This document shows positions 18,487 to 28,187 of a stretch of 64,000 bases of DNA, piece after piece. Made by a program: the position numbers and the translations under genes. The first letter of the stretch is position 1; every line of letters starts with the position of its first letter. The stretch is from an uncultured Methanomicrobiales archaeon (GTDB lineage Archaea; Halobacteriota; Methanomicrobia; Methanomicrobiales; JACTUA01), in NCBI GenBank assembly GCA_964551875.1, contig CAZKEV010000004.1:3398-67397 (forward strand), in the 5' to 3' direction. The notes under the pieces were generated by a model. The model worked only from the letters and a program-made list of their open reading frames with translations. It was not told the DNA's origin and did not search any database.

Positions 18487-18654
18487 CTTAGTTCTATTTT
18501 GACGGGTGGAGAGGATGCCGGCACAAGCATGCTGGAGGTGTGACTAAAGAGATTAAAGGAGAAGGAGTAAAATGGAGGGTCATTAATTTGTTTTAATAAA
18601 CATTTTATAGGACTATAATTATATTCAAGGAAAACATATACCTTCAACGTCGAA

Positions 18655-19119
18655 ATGTTCTTATCATTTATTGATCGCGCAAAGAGGCAATATTATAAAC
18701 TCGTCCTGATTATTGGAAATTTTGGGCTAAAAAAATCTAAATTCCTTCTCAAATATTGCTTTGATGAAGGACTTTTTTATTATAATCTTAATCTCGAACT
18801 GAGTAAACGCTTGATTGGAATTCCATCTGACCATCGAATCTCATCAATTGAAACAACGGTGGGAGAGGTCCTCCAATCGAATCCAGGGAATTCCCTAGTC
18901 CTTGATCATATCGAACTACTTTATGTGAGAGAATTCTGTCTTCAACCCTTACAACTTCTCAAAACGCATAGTAGGAATAAAGTAATTATCGTTGCGTGGA
19001 ATGGTGAGTATGATGGAAAGAAACTAACGTATGGTAAAAGTGGCGATGAAGAATATCAGGAGTATGTAAGAGATGAGCTTAAAGGCATAGAAATTGTTCG
19101 AATCGAGGATCTGGAGTGA
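18655..19119 (+). CDS. brxF: BREX type 3 small P-loop-like protein BrxF
   Basis: 154-aa first gene of the operon, in the position and of the size of BrxF. P-loop-like LIIGNFGLKKSKF. Confidence 0.6.
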   Translation: MFLSFIDRAKRQYYKLVLIIGNFGLKKSKFLLKYCFDEGLFYYNLNLELSKRLIGIPSDHRISSIETTVGEVLQSNPGNSLVLDHIELLYVREFCLQPLQLLKTHSRNKVIIVAWNGEYDGKKLTYGKSGDEEYQEYVRDELKGIEIVRIEDLE

Positions 19120-19123
19120 GATA

Positions 19124-22100
19124 ATGAAATACGGCGAACTTGTAGCGTTTGAACCCATTGAAGAAATAGTCCAGCTTCGGGAAGCTGACAAAAAAAGTGA
19201 GGCTATACGTCTGATTAAAACTTATGTTATTTCTGAGGGTATGGCAAAAAACCTTCAGAATGCTGTTTTCCCTCAACTCGACCATTCAAGTGCGCTTGAT
19301 AAAAAAGGGCTTTTTATCGTCGGAAATTATGGAACCGGGAAATCACATTTGATGGCAGTCATCAGCTCAATTGCTGAAGATGTCGAGATGGTGTCGTATC
19401 TTCAGAACGCTGCACTTCAGAACGATGCAAAGACAATTGCAGGCTCATTCAAAATCATCAGACTTGAGATTGGTGCATCCAAAAAGAATCTTAGAGATAT
19501 CATCTGCGGAGAACTTGAAAAAGGATTGAAGAATTTCGGAGTAACCTACCAATTCCCCCCTTTTAGCGAAGTAACAAATAACAAAGACTTCCTCGTCGAA
19601 ATGATGGGATATTTTCATGAAAAATATTCGGATAAAGGTTTGCTCCTCGTTGTAGACGAACTCCTCGATTATCTGCGCTCACGTTCTGAAGGAGAACTGA
19701 TTCTTGACCTGAATTTCCTCCGTGAGATCGGTGAGGTCTGCCGTCTTTCAAAATTCAGATTCATGGCTGGCATTCAGGAAGCATTGTTCGACAATCCTCG
19801 GTTCGGATTTGTCGCAAACTCAATACAGCGAGTCCAGGCAAGATTCCACCAGGTCAGAATTCTCAAAGAGGATGTTTCGTTTGTCGTCGCAGAACGTCTT
19901 TTAAGGAAGGATGCCAAGCAGAAGGCAAAAATTCGTAATCATCTCCAGAAATTTACGCCATACTACGGTGATATGAACGAACGGCTTGAGGAATATGTCC
20001 GGCTCTTCCCCGTTCATCCTGCTTATCTCGAATCCTTTGAACGCATGTATATCGTCGAGAAACGAGATGTTCTCAAGACCTTAAGCAGAGAGATCAAATC
20101 TTTAATCGGTACAAAAGTCCCGGAGGAGGAACCCGGCATCATCTCGTTTGACTCGTATTGGAATGCTATGAAGGCTGATGCCTCGCTCGCGACCAACCCA
20201 GATATCAAAAATGTTCTCGAGAAAGGTCAGATCCTTGAAGGCATTCTCCAGAAATCGTTCCCAAAACCACAATACCGCCCATCGGCTATCAGGATTATCC
20301 ACGCTTTGGCGGTTCACCGTCTCACAACAGGTGAAATTTTTGCACCGATCGGGATGAATTCAGAAGCAATCCGTGATGAGCTCTGCATCTTCTTGCCCAT
20401 TCCGGAAAAGGATTCCGAATTTCTCAGATCAACCGTTGAGACAATAATGCGTGATATCAGCAAGACGGTGAGCGGACAATTCATTTCCTCAAATGAGAGC
20501 AACGGGCAATATTACCTCGATCTGAAAAAAGACATCGATTACGATGCCCAGATCATAAAAAGAAGTGAAACGTTAGATACCTACAAACTTGACCATTATT
20601 ACTTCGACGCCCTCGCTCGAGTGATGGAAAGGCCCGAAACAACGTATGTTCCCGGTTATAGAATCTGGGAGCATGAACTGATTTGGAAGGAGAGGAATTC
20701 CGGGCGATTGGGATACCTCTTCTTTGGAGCTCCCAATCAGCGCTCGACAGCGCAGCCTCCACAGGATTTCTACATCTATTTCATCCAGCCATTTGATACT
20801 CCGGAGTTTACCGATGAGAGAAAACCCGATGAGGTATTTTTTTATCTCGTCGACCGACCGGAGGAATTCGATACCGCTCTACGCTTGTATGCAGGTGCCC
20901 GGGAGATGGCGAGCACATCAGGGGCAACTACCAAACGGATCTACGAGGATAAAGCAAGTGAGTATCTCAAGACCATGGTAAAATGGCTGCGGGAGCATAT
21001 ATTCACCGCCTTCGATGTCGTCTACCAGGGAGATCGCAGAAAGCTGGTCGAATGGGCAAAAGGTGCGGCGATTCCAACGGGCGCCGATGTCAGGGAGACG
21101 ATTGACAAGCTTGCTGCTTCATGTCTGGCACCCCACTTTGCTGAAATTGCACCCGACTATCCGAAGTTCTCTCAGGTCATCCGAAAGACCGATCGTGAGG
21201 AGGCGATGAGGGACGCGATAAAGATCTTGCGAGGAAGCGGTCTCAGGACCCAGCGTGGTATCGCAGTTCTCGACGGACTGGAACTACTGGAAGGAGATAC
21301 AATCTCACCAGATAAATCGAAATATGCCCGCTATCTCCTAAAATTGTTGCAGAAGCGTGGAGAAGGCCAGGTCCTCAACCGATCGGATATCATCAGCAAT
21401 GTCCGAGGGATCGAGTTTGATGAGAAGTTCCATGTCGAACCAGAACTGGTTATGGTCGTGCTTGCTGCCCTCGTGTACCATGGAGATCTCGTCATTGCCT
21501 ATCCAGGGAAGAAGATCGATCCCACCATGCTGGATGATCTCGCAAAGATGAACCACGATGACCTGATCGCGTTCAAACACCTGGAACAGCCGAGGAGTAC
21601 GCCGATAGAAACTCTCGCCGAGCTCTTCACCATGCTCTCTCTCACACCAGGGCTGATCAAAAATCCTGATACACAGAATGAGGCGATAAAAGCACTTCAG
21701 ACAGAAGTTACCCGACGCCTGGAACAGCTTGTGGAAATCCAGCAGAAATTGCAGAACCGGCTGACCCTCTGGAGTGTTGAACTCCTCTCCGATCAGGAGC
21801 GAGAGCAGATCCGGTCCCAGGTGGATGGATTAAAGGAATTTCTCGAATCGCTCCAACGGTTCAATACCCCGGGAAAACTGCGGAATTTCCCACATACGAA
21901 ATCAGATATTGTGCGGCAGAAGAGCGGCTTTGAGGCTATCAAGGAACTCGATCAGCTGACCAAGTTTGTGGCTGAGTTCTCTCCATTGGTGGCCTACCTT
22001 TCAGAGGCTGAGGTGATCCTTCCTACCGATAACCCGGCCCGGGTGGCGATTGGGGAGGCAAAGAAACGATTCGCCTCGGATTTGCAAGATTCAAAGAAAA

Positions 22101-22813
22101 GGCTTGACCGGGAATTCCGCACTGACCTGACCCGTGAGCTTGAACGGTTGAAGCAGGGCTACATAGAAAATTACTTTGATCTCCACCGTCACGCAAGACT
22201 CGGCGTGCAGGAAGATGATCTGAAGAAGACGTTGATGAACGATTCCCGTCTCAAACAGCTCACCAGCCTCGCGAGCATTGAGATCTTGCCCAAGCGACAA
22301 CTCACCGAATTCCAGACCATGCTCTCTGCTAATATGATGACCTGCTTCTCCCTGACTGACAAGGACCTGGAATCATCGACGATATGTCCCTATTGTAAAT
22401 TCCGCCCCATGGAGCAGCTGGAGGTAAAACCGGTTAATCAGCTAATCTATGAGCTGAATGATCAACTCGATGATCTCTACCAGGATTGGACCTCCACTCT
22501 CTTGACTAATCTTGAGGATCCTATAGTGAAGAAGAACATCGGGCTCCTCAAGGCACAGGAGAAGAAGTTGATCCAGGAATTCATAATCTCAAAGTCCCTT
22601 CCGGCAGACCTCCCCAGTCCCTTCCTCAGAGCCCTTCAGGATGTCTTCACCGGCCTTGAGAAAGTAACTATTAAACTCGATGACCTCAGGAAGGCACTGA
22701 TGGAGAAGGGTTCCCCGTGTACGGTCGATGATCTTCAGAACCGATTCGAAGAGTATGTTGCATCCCTGATGAGAGGAAAGGATGTGAAGAAGGTCCGTAT
22801 TGTGGTGGAGTGA
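19124..22813 (+). CDS. brxC: BREX ATPase BrxC/PglY
   Basis: ~1229 aa. Walker A GNYGTGKSHLM, Walker B-like LLLVVDELLD, long helical C-terminal region. I chose the ATG at 19124, 4 nt after the brxF stop. Confidence 0.8.
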   Translation: MKYGELVAFEPIEEIVQLREADKKSEAIRLIKTYVISEGMAKNLQNAVFPQLDHSSALDKKGLFIVGNYGTGKSHLMAVISSIAEDVEMVSYLQNAALQNDAKTIAGSFKIIRLEIGASKKNLRDIICGELEKGLKNFGVTYQFPPFSEVTNNKDFLVEMMGYFHEKYSDKGLLLVVDELLDYLRSRSEGELILDLNFLREIGEVCRLSKFRFMAGIQEALFDNPRFGFVANSIQRVQARFHQVRILKEDVSFVVAERLLRKDAKQKAKIRNHLQKFTPYYGDMNERLEEYVRLFPVHPAYLESFERMYIVEKRDVLKTLSREIKSLIGTKVPEEEPGIISFDSYWNAMKADASLATNPDIKNVLEKGQILEGILQKSFPKPQYRPSAIRIIHALAVHRLTTGEIFAPIGMNSEAIRDELCIFLPIPEKDSEFLRSTVETIMRDISKTVSGQFISSNESNGQYYLDLKKDIDYDAQIIKRSETLDTYKLDHYYFDALARVMERPETTYVPGYRIWEHELIWKERNSGRLGYLFFGAPNQRSTAQPPQDFYIYFIQPFDTPEFTDERKPDEVFFYLVDRPEEFDTALRLYAGAREMASTSGATTKRIYEDKASEYLKTMVKWLREHIFTAFDVVYQGDRRKLVEWAKGAAIPTGADVRETIDKLAASCLAPHFAEIAPDYPKFSQVIRKTDREEAMRDAIKILRGSGLRTQRGIAVLDGLELLEGDTISPDKSKYARYLLKLLQKRGEGQVLNRSDIISNVRGIEFDEKFHVEPELVMVVLAALVYHGDLVIAYPGKKIDPTMLDDLAKMNHDDLIAFKHLEQPRSTPIETLAELFTMLSLTPGLIKNPDTQNEAIKALQTEVTRRLEQLVEIQQKLQNRLTLWSVELLSDQEREQIRSQVDGLKEFLESLQRFNTPGKLRNFPHTKSDIVRQKSGFEAIKELDQLTKFVAEFSPLVAYLSEAEVILPTDNPARVAIGEAKKRFASDLQDSKKRLDREFRTDLTRELERLKQGYIENYFDLHRHARLGVQEDDLKKTLMNDSRLKQLTSLASIEILPKRQLTEFQTMLSANMMTCFSLTDKDLESSTICPYCKFRPMEQLEVKPVNQLIYELNDQLDDLYQDWTSTLLTNLEDPIVKKNIGLLKAQEKKLIQEFIISKSLPADLPSPFLRALQDVFTGLEKVTIKLDDLRKALMEKGSPCTVDDLQNRFEEYVASLMRGKDVKKVRIVVE

Positions 22814-25422
22814 TCGAAACGACAGAAAAAAAGGAATACCGTCTCACGAAAGAAATCCTCGACCAGATGCGGACCATCAAAGGATTTCCCCTCGGTAAAG
22901 ACGAAGATATCATCGCACTCTCTGATCCACTGTATTATACCGCATGTCCGAACCCGTGGATTGGCGAGTTCATCAAAGAACATGGGAAATCCTACGATCC
23001 AGCGACCGATACCTACCAGCGGGAGCCGTTTGCCGCCGATGTGAGCGAAGGTAAGAACGATCCGATTTACAATGCCCATTCTTATCACACAAAGGTCCCG
23101 CATAAAGCCATTATGCGGTATATCCTGCACTACACCGAACCTGGCGATATCGTCTTCGATGGATTCTGCGGGACCGGGATGGCCGGCGTTGCAGCACAGC
23201 TCTGTGGGAATCCGGACCCAGAATTTAAAGAACAGATCGAGCGGGAAATGCCGTACATAAAATGGGGTGTACGAAAGGCGATACTCAATGATCTCTCCCC
23301 AGCGGCGACGTTCATAGCGTACAACTACAACACCCCGGTTGATGTTGTGAAATTAGAACGCGAGGCAAAACGTATCATTGCTGAAGTCGAGAGAGAATGC
23401 GGTTGGATGTATGAGACACCGCATCTGGTGGACGGTAAACCAATATTAACGGAAGAAATTGACGGAGCAAAACGACAGGTGAAAGGACGGATCAATTTCA
23501 CTGTATGGAGTGACGTATTCATCTGCCCCTCATGTGCCAAAGAGATGACCTTTTGGGAAGTTGCTGTGGATCTCGAGCATGGTCAGATGCTTGATGAATT
23601 CCACTGCCCTCACTGCGATGCATCTGTAACAAAACGGAGTCTTGAACGGGCACGAGAATCTGTCTTTGATGATGCACTCCAAACTACTATTAAAAGGGCA
23701 AAACAGGTGCCAGTGCTCATTAATTACAGCGTTCAGGACGTTAAAGGGAAATGGAAGCGTTTTGAGAAAACACCGGATGAAACTGATTTTACGTTAATTA
23801 AAAAAATTGAGGAGAAGAAAATACCGTACTGGTATCCAACCAACAGGATGCCAGAGGGTGATGAATCCCGAAGAAATGATGATATTGGAATAACCCATGT
23901 GCATCATTTTTATACAAAAAGAAATTTATGGATATTATCAACACTATTCCAAAAAGTTTTATCATTTGATAAGGAGATCGGCAGAAAAATATTGTTTGCA
24001 TTCAATAATGTTCAGCAAAGACATTGCAAAATGAACGCTTTCCGATTTAATGTTTCTTTTCCTTCAAATATTACGAGTGGAACGTTATATGTCGCATCCC
24101 TTATGCGTGAAAGTAATTTTTTTGATCAACTGGAGAATAAAATTCTTAGAAGATTACTTCCAATTTTTCGAGAGAAATCATATTCCAAAGAGAATTTTGT
24201 AATCGAAACTAATAGTGCACAATTCACTAAACCGCAGAGAAATTCCATCGATTACATCTTTGTCGATCCCCCCTTCGGCGGAAATCTCATGTATTCTGAG
24301 CTGAACTTTCTCTGGGAAGCGTGGCTCAAAGTCTTTACCAACAACCAGCAAGAAGCACTCGTTAATACCGCCCAGCGGAAAGGATTGGCCGAATATCAGC
24401 ACATCATGGAGGAATGTTTCAAAGAGTTCTACAGTATTCTCAAACCCGGACGCTGGATGACCGTAGAATTCCATAATTCTCAGAATTCTGTCTGGATGGC
24501 GATTCAGGAGGCGCTCTCCCGTGCCGGTTTTGTTGTCGCTGATGTCCGCACGCTTGATAAGAAACTGGGTACGTTTAAGCAAGTAACTTCAAAAGGGGCG
24601 GTCAAGCAGGACCTCATCATCTCCGCCTACAAACCAAACGGCGGGCTGGAGGAGCGGTTCAAGCTCACCGCAGGCAAAGTTGAGGGTGTCTGGGATTTTG
24701 CCCGGCAACATCTGAAGCACCTGCCCGTTGTGGTTGAGAAGGACGGTGTGCTCCAGGTTGTCGCGGAACGGCAACCCCATCTCCTCTTTGACCGGATGGT
24801 GGCTTTCCATGTCCAGCGGGGTGTAATCGTGCCGATATCAGCCGGTGACTTTTATGCCGGACTCCGGCATCGTTTCCCAGAGCGGGATATGATGTACTTC
24901 CTTGAACAGGAGGCATTGGAGTACGATAAGAAAAGGATGATCGCAAAGCGTGTAGAGCAGACCTCGCTTTTCGTCCACGATGAGAAGAGTGCTGTCCAGT
25001 GGCTCCAGACCGAACTCACCGATCACCCGCAGACATATCAGGATATCCAGCCGAAGTTTCTCCAAGAGCTGCACCAGGATAAGTTCGAGAAACTACCGGA
25101 GCTTTCTGAAATATTAAATGAAAATTTCCTGCAGGACGCTTCTGGCAAATGGTATGTGCCGGACCCGAACAAGCAAGCAGATTTAGATAAAATACGGGAG
25201 AAGGCGCTCCTCAGGGAATTTGAGGAGTACAAAGTGACGAGAGTGAAACTCAAGATGTTCCGCACTGAAGCGGTCCGAACGGGATTTAAAAAATGCTGGT
25301 CAGAACGTGATTATGCAACGATTATCGCCATCAGCGAACGACTGCCGCTTCAGATACTCCAGGAAGATCCGGATCTCTTGATGTACTATGACAATGCGGT
25401 GACGAGGGCCGTTTCAAAATAA
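22810..25422 (+). CDS. pglXI: BREX type 3 DNA methyltransferase PglXI (N6/N4 MTase family)
   Basis: FDGFCGTGMAG (SAM motif I) and IFVDPPFGGN (motif IV, DPPF). GTG start overlaps the brxC stop (GTGA). Confidence 0.8.
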   Translation: MIETTEKKEYRLTKEILDQMRTIKGFPLGKDEDIIALSDPLYYTACPNPWIGEFIKEHGKSYDPATDTYQREPFAADVSEGKNDPIYNAHSYHTKVPHKAIMRYILHYTEPGDIVFDGFCGTGMAGVAAQLCGNPDPEFKEQIEREMPYIKWGVRKAILNDLSPAATFIAYNYNTPVDVVKLEREAKRIIAEVERECGWMYETPHLVDGKPILTEEIDGAKRQVKGRINFTVWSDVFICPSCAKEMTFWEVAVDLEHGQMLDEFHCPHCDASVTKRSLERARESVFDDALQTTIKRAKQVPVLINYSVQDVKGKWKRFEKTPDETDFTLIKKIEEKKIPYWYPTNRMPEGDESRRNDDIGITHVHHFYTKRNLWILSTLFQKVLSFDKEIGRKILFAFNNVQQRHCKMNAFRFNVSFPSNITSGTLYVASLMRESNFFDQLENKILRRLLPIFREKSYSKENFVIETNSAQFTKPQRNSIDYIFVDPPFGGNLMYSELNFLWEAWLKVFTNNQQEALVNTAQRKGLAEYQHIMEECFKEFYSILKPGRWMTVEFHNSQNSVWMAIQEALSRAGFVVADVRTLDKKLGTFKQVTSKGAVKQDLIISAYKPNGGLEERFKLTAGKVEGVWDFARQHLKHLPVVVEKDGVLQVVAERQPHLLFDRMVAFHVQRGVIVPISAGDFYAGLRHRFPERDMMYFLEQEALEYDKKRMIAKRVEQTSLFVHDEKSAVQWLQTELTDHPQTYQDIQPKFLQELHQDKFEKLPELSEILNENFLQDASGKWYVPDPNKQADLDKIREKALLREFEEYKVTRVKLKMFRTEAVRTGFKKCWSERDYATIIAISERLPLQILQEDPDLLMYYDNAVTRAVSK

Positions 25423-25544
25423 TATGGGACGGAAGGATCCGTTTCATGAATTCAAACTACGTATTACTCCAGCTCAAGGTTTTTAACGGGATGTTTATGA
25501 TATGGAATCGACCAATCGAAATATAACAATCCCCATTTTCCTCT

Positions 25545-28187
25545 ATGCCCCCAAAAAATCACATAGATCCCGGTACATGGCTCTGGAGTACCATGTACCA
25601 TGAGACCGTTCAGCTCATAAATTCAAATGAAATCGGAGACCAGATCTATTATCGGGTTTGGGTTCCGGGAAAAAATGATGTACTCATTAGGTCTTCATCA
25701 GAATTTTTACCAATTGATCAGGCAACACCTTTATCGAGAGAGGAAATTATTTATCGTGCTGCCGCAGGGAAGGTCGCTGAAGCCCTCGCCCAGAACCCTC
25801 TCATCTCCCCTCTTTGTTCTGACGTGATCCCGCTTCCGCACCAGATCCATGCTCTCTCCCGAGCCATGCAGAAAGAGAAGGTCCGATATCTCCTTGCGGA
25901 TGAGGTCGGTCTGGGGAAGACCATTGAAGCTGGATTGGTCATTAAAGAACTCAAAATCAGGAAGAGAATCAAACGCACCCTCATTCTGGCGCCAAAAGGA
26001 CTGGTCCGGCAATGGATCGAGGAGATGCGCCAGAAATTTAGTGAGGATTTCAAACTCCTCCTCCCCGACAGTGCTGAAAAGCTCACGGGCAGCGATGCGG
26101 ATATCTGGCACCTCTTCGATCAGGTTGTTGTTTCCCTTGACTCGGTCAAACCATTGCGGTACCGAAGAGGATGGACGACACAGGAGATTGAGCAGTATAA
26201 CCAAGCACGATTCAAGAACCTCATCACAGCGGGGTGGGACCTAATCATCATCGATGAATCCCATAAACTGGCCGGAACAAGTACACAGGTAGCACGGTAC
26301 CGGTTGGGGAAAGGACTTGCATCAGCCGCTCCCCATCTCCTCTTGCTGTCTGCAACTCCTCATCAGGGGAAAACGGATGCATTTCTGCGGCTCATGAGTT
26401 TCCTTGACAAAAAGACCTTCCATGATGCCATGGAAGTTTCTCGGGATTTGGTTGCTGAATACGTCATAAGGACAGAGAAACGAAAAGCAATCGATGTTCA
26501 CGGTCAGCCGCTCTTCAAACCCCGACATACCCAAATGATGGCGATTACATGGAGCGCTGAACATGGACTCCAGGAGGACCTCTATCGCAAAGTCACAGAG
26601 TACGTCAGGTCAGGTTATAACAAAGCACGATCCGAGAATCGGAATTATATCGGCTTCCTTATGGTGCTCATGCAGCGACTGGTCTCCAGCAGCACCCGAG
26701 CGGTACGGATTGCCCTTGAGCGGCGGTTGTCTATTCTTTCCCCGTCGTTGCCTCATAGAAAACCTTCATGCCAGATTGATGAAGACTGGTGGGACTTGGA
26801 TGCGGAAGAGCGGGTTGCGATGCTTCTCTCTTGCGTGCCTCCCGCCTTTCGGGAAGAGTCCAATACAGTCAAAGATCTACTTGCGCTGGCCCGTAAATGT
26901 GAGTCAACCAGGCCGGATGCCAAAGCTGAGGTGCTCAATGATCTCCTTCATAAGGTTCGTTCAAAGGAGAACAATCCTGATCTAAAATTCCTGATATTTA
27001 CCGAATTTGTCACAACCCAGGAGATGCTCATGGAATTCCTTATCGGCCATGGGTTTTCTGTCGTATGCCTGAATGGATCAATGAGTATTGAAGATCGCCG
27101 AGTGGCCCAACAACAGTTCGCCGAGCAGGCCCACGTGATGATCTCAACCGAAGCGGGAGGCGAAGGACTCAACCTCCAGTTCTGCCATATTGTCATCAAT
27201 TACGATATTCCCTGGAATCCCATGCGTCTTGAACAACGGATCGGTAGAGTTGACCGGATCGGGCAATCACATGAAGTCGAGGTGATTAATTTCCTCTTTT
27301 CCGGGACCGTTGAAGAGCGGGTCCATCAAATCCTCGTCGAGAAGTTAATGGTCATACTTCAGGACCTCGGATTTGACAAAATTGGTGATGTCCTCGACTC
27401 TGGTGAGGCAGAACGAAGCTTTGAGGATTTATACCTCCATGCAATACTTGAACCGGAGAAAGCGGAAGAGCGGCTGAATACCTTCATTTCGCATATCCAG
27501 GAACAAGCGAAAGACGAGTGTTCATCCCTAAAAATGCTCGGATCTGAAAATACACTCAGTACCCATGATGCGCGAGAATATTCCCAATCGCTCCTTCCTT
27601 TCTGGCTTGAAGCAATGGTGACGCACTACCTCACTTCCCGTGGTGGTACAGTGGGACGCGGTCTTTTCGGATATAATCTCGTGTTCCCCGATGGATACTC
27701 CATGAACAAGGTATCATTCACTCATAGTGACCCGGAATCGTCAGGAACTCAGATAATCAACCTCTCAAATCGGAGAATAGCCCAGATCTTTCGCGAGATT
27801 CCCTACAATCATCCTGAACAACCAATAGCATATACCGTAATCACAGATCTTCCGAGAGATATCCGAGGTACCTGGTCACTCTGGCGTTTTGAGGTTTATG
27901 GAGAGAATGCTGATGCCGTCTATTATTTTCCCTATTTTATGACTTCCGAAGGAAAAGTGCTGATCACAACGGCAAAGACCATCTGGGAATCCTTGGCAAG
28001 GGGAAATTTCTCCTTCAACTCATCACAAAAGACCAAGAATATTAATGGAAAAAACATTGAAATTGAAATAAAGAAGAGAAGTGAAGAGATATTATCGGAA
28101 GGGAGAACTCGGCAAGAAATAACTGCTATCGATTATTATCCGGTCCTTATCGTTAAGGTGGGAGGTGCAGATAGTGAACTGGCGTGA
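25545..28187 (+). CDS. brxHII: BREX helicase BrxHII (SNF2/DExH superfamily 2)
   Basis: LLADEVGLGKTIEAG, IIIDESHKL, ISTEAGGEGLNLQ, WNPMRLEQRIGRVDRIGQ. Confidence 0.8.
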   Translation: MPPKNHIDPGTWLWSTMYHETVQLINSNEIGDQIYYRVWVPGKNDVLIRSSSEFLPIDQATPLSREEIIYRAAAGKVAEALAQNPLISPLCSDVIPLPHQIHALSRAMQKEKVRYLLADEVGLGKTIEAGLVIKELKIRKRIKRTLILAPKGLVRQWIEEMRQKFSEDFKLLLPDSAEKLTGSDADIWHLFDQVVVSLDSVKPLRYRRGWTTQEIEQYNQARFKNLITAGWDLIIIDESHKLAGTSTQVARYRLGKGLASAAPHLLLLSATPHQGKTDAFLRLMSFLDKKTFHDAMEVSRDLVAEYVIRTEKRKAIDVHGQPLFKPRHTQMMAITWSAEHGLQEDLYRKVTEYVRSGYNKARSENRNYIGFLMVLMQRLVSSSTRAVRIALERRLSILSPSLPHRKPSCQIDEDWWDLDAEERVAMLLSCVPPAFREESNTVKDLLALARKCESTRPDAKAEVLNDLLHKVRSKENNPDLKFLIFTEFVTTQEMLMEFLIGHGFSVVCLNGSMSIEDRRVAQQQFAEQAHVMISTEAGGEGLNLQFCHIVINYDIPWNPMRLEQRIGRVDRIGQSHEVEVINFLFSGTVEERVHQILVEKLMVILQDLGFDKIGDVLDSGEAERSFEDLYLHAILEPEKAEERLNTFISHIQEQAKDECSSLKMLGSENTLSTHDAREYSQSLLPFWLEAMVTHYLTSRGGTVGRGLFGYNLVFPDGYSMNKVSFTHSDPESSGTQIINLSNRRIAQIFREIPYNHPEQPIAYTVITDLPRDIRGTWSLWRFEVYGENADAVYYFPYFMTSEGKVLITTAKTIWESLARGNFSFNSSQKTKNINGKNIEIEIKKRSEEILSEGRTRQEITAIDYYPVLIVKVGGADSELA

